Source of the DNA: Eledone cirrhosa
Taxonomy: Eukaryota
Assembly (NCBI GenBank): GCA_964016885.1
Contig: OZ024762.1
Span: forward strand, 14,508,001-14,572,000
Length of the DNA: 64,000 bases
Direction: 5' to 3'
Below are positions 54,903 to 64,000 of this stretch, piece after piece (the stretch's first letter is position 1; each line of letters opens with the position of its first letter). The notes under the pieces are model-generated. The model made no database searches. It worked only from the letters and a program-made list of their open reading frames with translations, and was not told where the DNA came from. The translations under genes and the position numbers were made by a program.

Positions 54903-54968
<66 letters not shown>

Positions 54969-55109
54969 GTGTGTATGTGTGTGTATGTGTACAGAGTGTC
55001 CCAAAAAACATGGCTACACACTTTGATTTACCTGTACAGGTAATATTTATGAGAATACTGTTTAAGGGTGTATACATTTTTGGGACATTGTATATAAACG
55101 ATAGGTAGC

Positions 55110-55190
<81 letters not shown>

Positions 55191-55268
55191 ATATATATAT
55201 GTATGTATATATATACACACACACACATATATATACACATACATACAACATATATACACAATAATACA

Positions 55269-55336
<68 letters not shown>

Positions 55337-55345
55337 ATGTATACA

Positions 55346-55376
<31 letters not shown>

Positions 55377-55456
55377 GTATATATATATACACATATATAC
55401 AACATATATACACAATAATACAACACACACACACATATATATATCTGTCCATCTAT

Positions 55457-55526
<70 letters not shown>

Positions 55527-56199
55527 AAAGAGAGAGAGCGAGAGAGAGATAGAGGGGGATAGACAGACAAATAGATAGATTTCTTTATTAGCCACAAGGG
55601 CGCAACAAGAAAGGGGACAATACAAAGACATGCCGGGGATTTTACATACAGTCGTGTAAAAAATATAAAAACAAACAATTTCAACAGACAAATAGATAGA
55701 TAGATAGATAGATATAAATGGGTGGGGAATGTCTACCCGGATTAAATAGCTGTAGCTGTCCTCGGTCTCGGGTGACTGCACACACTACACATGCAGAGTG
55801 AACGTGTCTAACTTCTCTGTTTACTGCCCCCCCCCCCCCCCGACCCCGCCTCACCTGACTGAGATTGATAAACCTATCAAACTACCTGTACATTCCTGTG
55901 TAGACATACAATATATATACGTGTGCGTGTGTTGGCAGAAAGACGTTAAACGATGATGATGATGATGATGATGAATTATATATGAGGATCGATCGATCGA
56001 CTTTCGTCAAATCGAGGACCGAGGAAACAATGTTTCCGTTGGTCTTTCCAGTTGCTAATACTATCTATCGGTTGCAACTCCAGGTAGAAGGAGCAACGTG
56101 AAATAAAGTGTCTTGCTCAAGGACATAACGCATCGCCTGGTCCAGGAATCGAACTCACAACTTCACGATTGCGAATCCAATTCTCTAACCACTCAGCCA

Positions 56200-56283
<84 letters not shown>

Positions 56284-56314
56284 ATATATATGTGTGTGTG
56301 TGTATATATATATA

Positions 56315-56367
<53 letters not shown>

Positions 56368-56373
56368 ATATAC

Positions 56374-56467
<94 letters not shown>

Positions 56468-56551
56468 ATGTAAACATATATATATATATACATATATATG
56501 TGTATGTATATATATATTGATACAATTATATATATATGTATACATATACAT

Positions 56552-56603
<52 letters not shown>

Positions 56604-56646
56604 TATATATATTGATACAATTATATATATATGTATACATATACAT

Positions 56647-56711
<65 letters not shown>

Positions 56712-56792
56712 TATATATATATACACACACACACACACATGTATATACACACACACACATATATATATACACACACACACATATATATATAT

Positions 56793-56839
<47 letters not shown>

Positions 56840-56848
56840 TATATATAT

Positions 56849-56937
<89 letters not shown>

Positions 56938-57406
56938 GATAAATCTACCAAAAGTTTACGGCAGTGTCCAATCCGTATGAAGAACTCAATGTAATCCGGA
57001 TATCATGGAAAGAAAAGATGCATTAAAAAATCACTTTCGGTGAAAGATAAACGGAATACAGAGTCAAGATAAAATATTAAAAAAATATTAATATATACAC
57101 ACATATATATATATATTGTCAATAGCACTAATATAGTGTGCTCCATAAAGGCGTATTTGAGGCCATATTTGATATAAAGTGTGTCCCCGTAATTCGCGGA
57201 ATCGTAAATATCTCCCGCGAGTTTTGTTTTATGGCTTTTTTCCTGGCTATATATATATATGTGTGTGTGTGTGTGTGCGCGCACGTGTGTATGTATATGT
57301 GTGTGTGTGTGCGTGTGTGTGTGCGTGCGTGCGTGTGTGTGTTTACCCCGGGCTCAATCGGGGGTACCCACAGTAAGTAAGGTACTCAATACATAACATA
57401 GTATAA

Positions 57407-57533
57407 ATATTTAATATAGAAATGGCTTCTACAGGACTAAAACTGTTTCAGTCGAGAGAAATCATCAAGCCTGATGATTTCTCCCGAATGAAACAGTTCT
57501 AGTCCTGTAGAAGCCATTTCTATATTAAATATA
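57407..57533. repeat. Palindrome centred immediately 5' of a hammerhead core
   Basis: ...GAAATCATCA AGCC TGATGATTTC...; same family as 45259-45309. Confidence 0.88.
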
Positions 57534-57734
57534 TATTTAAAACGCTAAATTATTAATAACAATATACCGTATTTGCCGGCCTATTGGACGCACCTTCGCA
57601 TAAGACGTTATATTTTTTTGGAGCACGTCCAATATTCGCGAACTTTCACTCTTAGCTGGTGCTGTAGGATCGTAACCCGCCGCGAATACAGGGGGTCTAC
57701 TGTATTTTCCCCCCAGAGAAGCCCCTTCCCACAT

Positions 57735-58925
57735 CACACACCACTACTGCTGCTACCACAGCCACCACTACCACCACCACCACCACCATTACTAATATTA
57801 CTACGGCGATCACGATCATCACACCATCATCTACCCCACCGCCACCACCACCACCATCACCGCCACATCTACCCCACCACCACCACCGCCACACCACCAC
57901 TACCACCGCCACACCACAGCCACGCCACCACCACCACACCACTACCACCCACCACAGCCACGCCACCACCACACCACCGCCACACCACCACCACCACCAC
58001 GCCACAGCCACACCACCACCACCACCCCCACCACCACCACTACCACTACCACCACTACTACCACCCACCACCACTACTACCACCCACCACCACCACCGCC
58101 ACCGCCATGCCACCACCGCCACCACCACACCACACCACCACCACTACCACCGCCACACCACCACCACTATACCACCACCACCACCAGTCATACAAGTAGA
58201 TTGAATAATCATGTAAGCATAGCATTGCATTTCTTTTGATCAAAGAGAAATTAGGTTATTACGGCAGTAGTGGTAGTGGTGGTAATGGTGGTGGTAGTAG
58301 TGGTTGTAGTGGTGGTGGTGGTGGTGGTGGTGGTAGTGGTAGGAGTGGTGGTGGTAGTGGTGGTGGTGGTGGTGGTGGTGGTAGTGGTAGTAATGGTGGT
58401 GGTAGTGGTGGTTGTAGTGGTGGTGGTGGTGGTAGTGGTAGGAGTGGTGGTGGTAGTAGTTGTAGTAATGGTGGTGGTAGAGGTAGTAATGGTGGTGGTA
58501 GTAGTGGTTGTAGTGGTGGTGGTGGTGGTGGTGGTGGTAGGAGTGGTGGTGGTAGTAGTGGTAGTAATGATGGTGGTAGTGGTAGGAGTGGTGGTGGTAG
58601 TAGTGGTGGTGGTAGTGGTAGTGGTAGGAGTGGTGGTGGTAGTAGTGGTGGTGGTAGTGGTAGGAGTGGTGGTGGTGGTAATAGTAGGTGCTGGTAGTAG
58701 TGGTGGTTGTGGGGGTGGCGGTGGTAGCAGTAGTAGTGGCGGTGGTGGTAATAGTAGAGGTTCTGGTAGTAGTGGTGGTAGTAGTAGTAATAGTAGTAGT
58801 AGTAGTAGTAATAGGTAATAGTAGTGGTGGTAGTAGCAGTAGTGGTAGTAGTAATAGCAGTAATGGTATTAGTAGTAGTTTTACTGGTAGTAGTGGTGGT
58901 GGTAGTGGTGGTAGTAGTGGCGATG
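57735..58925. repeat. (CAC)n tract, 75-bp spacer, then (GGT/AGT)n tract
   Basis: Directly visible. Confidence 0.93.
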
Positions 58926-59121
58926 GAGATTAGCAACACACCACAAAAGAACTGTGTCCTATAAACATGTAGAGAGGGAGACACAGTGTTATACACACAG
59001 ACAAGTACATATACACCGACACCAGTCTATATATATATATATGGGTGTGTGTGTGTGTCAGCTCAGCCGTCGGGGTCCTGACTTTTCATATATATATATA
59101 TATATATAAAGAGAGAGAGAG

Positions 59122-59221
<100 letters not shown>

Positions 59222-59454
59222 GAATTGATCCTAGTACTAAACTGGTATTTTTTTTTATTGACCCCGAATAATAGTATAGAAAAACTCTGAATTTTAACTT
59301 ACCCAAAATAAGCTTGGATATGGATGAACGTCACAGAATCCTCTTTTTTTTTTGCAGTCTATAATGAACAAGCAAAACGAAAAAAAAAAATGATAATGAA
59401 AAAAAAATTACAAAAACGAACACAAAAATTTTACACATGCGTGGTGAGGGTAAA

Positions 59455-61708
59455 GGACTGGGTAGAACAGAGATCAGGAGTTGTGTAGAACTGTGGACAT
59501 CTTGAGGACTGGATGAGAAGAACGGAGGTCAAGTAATCTAGAGGTCAACAGTTGAGTAGAACTGTGGACATCTTGAGGACTGAATGAAAAGAACAGAGGT
59601 CAAGTAATCTAGAGGTCAACAGTTGAGTAGAACTGTGGACATCTTGAGGACTGAATGAAAAGGACAGAGGTCAAGTAATCTAGAGGTCAACAGTTGAGTA
59701 GAACTGTGGACATCTTGAGGACTGAATGAAAAGAACAGAGGTCAAGTAATCTAGAGGTCAACAGTTGAGTAGAACTGGACATCTTGAGGACTGAATGGGT
59801 AGAACAGAGGTCAAGTAATCTAGAGGTCAACAGTTGAGTAGAACTGTGGACATCTTGAGGACTGAATGAAAAGAACAGAGGTCAAGTAATCTAGAGGTCA
59901 ACAGTTGAGTAGAACTGTGGACATCTTGAGGACTGAATGAAAAGAACAGAGGTCAAGTAATCTAGAGGTCAACAGTTGAGTAGAACTGTGGACATCTTGA
60001 GGACTGAATGAAAAGAACAGAGGTCAAGTAATTTAGAGGTCAACAGTTGAGTAGAACTGTGGACATCTTGAGGACTGAATGGGTAGAACAGAGGTCAACA
60101 GTTGAGTAGAACTGTGGACATCTTGAGGACTGAGTGGGTAGAACAGAGGTCAAGTAATCTAGAGGTCAACAGTTGAGTAGAACTGTGGACATCTTGAGGA
60201 CTGAGTGGGTAGAACAGAGGTCAAGTAATCTAGAGGTCAACAGTTGAGTAGAACTGTGGACATCTTGAGGACTGAGTGGGTAGAACAGAGGTCAAGTAAT
60301 CTAGAGGTCAACAGTTGAGTAGAACTGTGGACATCTTGAGGACTGAATGAGAAGAACAGAGGTCAAGTAATCTAGAGGTCAACAGTTGACATCTTGAGGA
60401 CTGAATGGGTAGAACAGAGGTCAAGTAATCTAGAGGTCAACAGTTGAGTAGAACTGTGGACATCTTGAGGACTGAGTGGGTAGAACAGAGGTCAGGTAAT
60501 CTAGAGGTCAACAATGAGTAGAACTGTGGACATCTTGAGGACTGAATGGGTAGAACAGAGGTCAAGTAATTTAGAGGTCAACAATGAGTAGAACTGTGGA
60601 CATCTTGAGGACTGAGTGGGTAGAACAGAGGTCAGGTAATCTAGAGGTCAACAGTTGAGTAGAACTGTGGACATCTTGAGGACTGAATGGGTAGAACAGA
60701 GGTCAAGTAATTTAGAGGTCAACAGTTGAGTAGAACTGTGGACATCTTGAGGACTGAGTGGGTAGAACAGAGGTCAAGTAATCTAGAGGTCAACAGTTGA
60801 CATCTTGAGGACTGTGGACATCTTGAGGACTGAATGGGTAGAACAGAGGTCAAGTAATCTAGAGGTCAACAGTTGAGTAGAACTGTGGACATCTTGAGGA
60901 CTGAGTGGGTAGAACAGAGGTCAGGTAATCTAGAGGTCAACAATGAGTAGAACTGTGGACATCTTGAGGACTGAATGGGTAGAACAGAGGTCAAGTAATT
61001 TAGAGGTCAACAATGAGTAGAACTGTGGACATCTTGAGGACTGAGTGGGTAGAACAGAGGTCAGGTAATCTAGAGGTCAACAGTTGAGTAGAACTGTGGA
61101 CATCTTGAGGACTGAATGGGTAGAACAGAGGTCAAGTAATTTAGAGGTCAACAGTTGAGTAGAACTGTGGACATCTTGAGGACTGAGTGGGTAGAACAGA
61201 GGTCAGGTAATCTAGAACAGGCATGTCAAACAAGTGGCCCGCGGCCCACATGCGGCTCTTTACAAGCACACTTGTGGCCCGCACAAAGGTTTTTAGAGCG
61301 CGAGCATGTTTTATCTTCGTAATATAAAATTAAAATAATTGTTTCTACTTTAGGCACAAGGCCAGCAATTACCCAGTGCATTACTGGTATTTTATCGACC
61401 CCGTAAGGATGAAAGGCAAAGTCAACCTCGGCGGGATTTGAACTCAGATCGTAAAGGGACGTAACTATGCTGGAAAGCATGGCGTCCGACACTCTACCAA
61501 TACTGCCAATACACCGCGCTGTGGATATATAAAATTAAAATAATAAATTGTAATGTGTGGCCCTCAGACAACGCATAGGTGACCCAAGTGACCCTCAGAG
61601 GAGCCTCAGTTTGACATGCCTGCTTTAGAGGACAACAATTAAATAGTTTAATAGAACAGAGGACTGAATGAGAAAATCAGGTCAGGTAATCTAGAGGTCA
61701 ACAGTTGA
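59455..61708. repeat. 71-bp minisatellite, about 25 copies, interrupted by a hAT MITE
   Basis: Unit GTAGAACTGTGGACATCTTGAGGACTGAATGAAAAGAACAGAGGTCAAGTAATCTAGAGGTCAACAGTTGA. Confidence 0.97.
61218..61622. mobile_element. hAT (Charlie-like) MITE containing a nested SINE
   Basis: 14-bp TIRs CAGGCATGTCAAAC/GTTTGACATGCCTG; degenerate 8-bp flanks ATCTAGAA/CTTTAGAG. The SINE (-) is flanked by a direct repeat ATATAAAATTAAAATAA. Confidence 0.88.
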
Positions 61709-62596
61709 AAACCTCTTAACGACATGAAAATGTTTACATGCCTGGGTCTTGGACACAGTTGTTTTTTTGTTTTGTCATTTTAAATAGCCAGCCTAACTAG
61801 ATGACCACTCCAGGGTGTCTCCTACGCCGTTACTATGATCACTTGACCTGCCCAGAACAAAAACACGCTGGATGGCATATCTATCTATTGTATGTAAAAT
61901 CCCCGCCATGTCTTTGTATTGTCCCCTTTTCTTGTGCGCCCTTGTGGCAAATAAAGAAATATATCTATCTATTTATCTATCTACTTATATACCTGTAAAC
62001 TAATATTTTTTTGTATTTTATCTGATGGAGCGTACCAAAATACTGTTGCCTTTGAAATATATATAATAAAATCTCTAAGTTTATCATATTTGTGGTATAA
62101 AAACGTTGGGGGTTGGTGAAATAAATCACTGCCAATACTGGAATTGAATAATCAAAACCGTAGCGGTATGTAGCATATCCAATCTCTCATATAATTTATT
62201 TGATGAAAACGTACTTAAACACCATTGTACCTTTGAAATATATATAATAAAATATATATTTTGATTTATGAGAATATTTTTCATTTATTAATATTTTGAA
62301 TAATATATATATATATAACGAAAGAAATGTGGTAAGGAACCAGGTGGACCATAACGCACCAAAGTACTCAATACTTAGGGTAGTAGAGTGGGTAATATAT
62401 ATATATTAAAATAACAGATTAGACAGATTGACTTTGTTAGTTTCAGAAGATCCCGTTAAGGGTGAAAGCAGCGATTCTTTACTTAAACTTTAATCTGTTA
62501 TTTTAATAAATATTTGCTCTACGGTTCTTATATATTTGATATATATTTATCCTTATCGAGCCCTCTTTGGATTTTAGTCTTCAAATTTATTATTAT

Positions 62597-62678
<82 letters not shown>

Positions 62679-62861
62679 ATAGTATTAATAAATGCGCGCG
62701 TGTGTGTGTGTGTGTGTGTGTGTGTGCATGTAACTATGTGTAACTCTAAAATTTTCACACACACAATGCATTTCCTATCTCAGTCTTGTTACTGCAATAA
62801 GTTCGATTTCCACACACAAGATCCTGGATTCTAACCTACCCTACATTTATCCTTTTTATTA

Positions 62862-62966
<105 letters not shown>

Positions 62967-63088
62967 TTTGGTTATATGTAGAACAATAAGATCTGCAGGC
63001 GAAGGCAACATACCTGCCTATTATCTATCAACCAACTAACCTACCTTTTAATCTTTACCTGCCCAGACCTGCCAACCTCTAAAAACCT

Positions 63089-63527
63089 AAACGGGGAGAA
63101 ATGATGCAAAATGGCTGGATTTTACATAATGAAAGCTATACCCATTTTCACAAGAGAAGACATATCTCACCCACCCCAGAGTGGGTGGGAGACCTACCCG
63201 CGGACAGGGAGAGTCGACAGCTCTAATATATAAACAGTGTCTCATAAAAATTTATATATTTGATGATAAGATTTATACAAATTTCTCTTTGTCTTTCCCA
63301 TACCACACTATACATACATATATATATGTATATGTATACATACACATATATATATATATATATACACATTCTTAATCACATTCGCAGCCATGTATCGGCA
63401 CTTGCCCCGACAGACGAACAAAGGCATCATTATAATATAACTTTCATGTCTGCCTTGTTAGGGGACCACTGATCGATGTTGAGAGAGAGAGAGAGAGAAT
63501 GTGTGTCTGATGGTGTGTGTGTGTGAT

Positions 63528-63596
<69 letters not shown>

Positions 63597-63936
63597 TGGT
63601 GTCGTGTTGCAGGAAGCTCGTTCTACATTTAAAACATCTCATCTGTGCCTATCAATGGCAGACATTGTGTTGGTCATTGTTTTACCTGAGATATTCTCAT
63701 TAATCAATTTATCTGATCACAACCACAGCCGCACCTGTAGCAGTTTAGGGTTTGTTGTTGTTGTTGACGTTGGCCTCGTCGTCATGTCAACCGAAGTGAG
63801 CCTTCATGTGGCATGTAGGCAAACATGTCAACTCTCCCCGTCGGACGGGGACATCTCTCACCCACTCTGGGGTGAGAGATGACTTCCCTTGTGAAATGGG
63901 TATAGCTTTCATTATGTAAAAAAAATCTCCCCGTTT
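63089..63936. mobile_element. Element with ~130-bp imperfect terminal inverted repeats
   Basis: 63089-63220 is the reverse complement of 63825-63936 (AAACGGGGAGA...TTACATAATGAAAGCTATACCCATTT...CACCCCAGAGTGGGTG). Confidence 0.75.
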
Positions 63937-64000
63937 TGGGGCAGTGACACAGTGTATAGAACCCTAAGTGTAGTGACACAGTGTATACAGACCTAAGTGT

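Noticed and set aside
57338-57372. TGTTTACCCCGGG hairpin as another miR-36
   Set aside because: Stem too short, no seed, and partly microsatellite.
57565-57703. Tc1/Tigger-like terminal fragments
   Set aside because: Only single ends seen with no matching partner TIR; too weak to call.
57573-58996. Pro/His/Gly/Val-rich ORFs
   Set aside because: Translations of (CAC)n/(GGT)n tracts.

Overview
AT-rich, repeat-dense animal genomic DNA. The SINE/RTE repertoire and microsatellite load suggest a coleoid cephalopod such as Octopus (inference). The only recognisable host protein gene is CFAP45/CCDC19 on the minus strand: an ATG-only first coding exon at 27962-27964 with an RFX X-box just upstream, then four phase-compatible exons down to 10899. 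Its next intron is filled by a 72-bp satellite of more than 10.5 kb that runs off the window start. Upstream on the same strand are two miR-36-family hairpins (about 35.0 and 40.4 kb) and a possible third copy with an altered seed (55.7 kb). The most striking unannotated signal is about 20 hammerhead-ribozyme folds from several small repeat families: a 420-bp tandem pair, a U3-A8 core-covariant form, a CAGAAGA-core form, and one behind a Penelope GIY-YIG ORF. Many sit inside 70-320 bp palindromes, several centred on ribozyme hairpins. Also present: RTE and CR1 LINE fragments, two tRNA-SINE families, a deleted mariner, piggyBac/hAT/Tc1 MITEs and several minisatellites. Nearly all other ORFs in the track are microsatellite artefacts. 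All calls were made by eye, without database searches or folding software.
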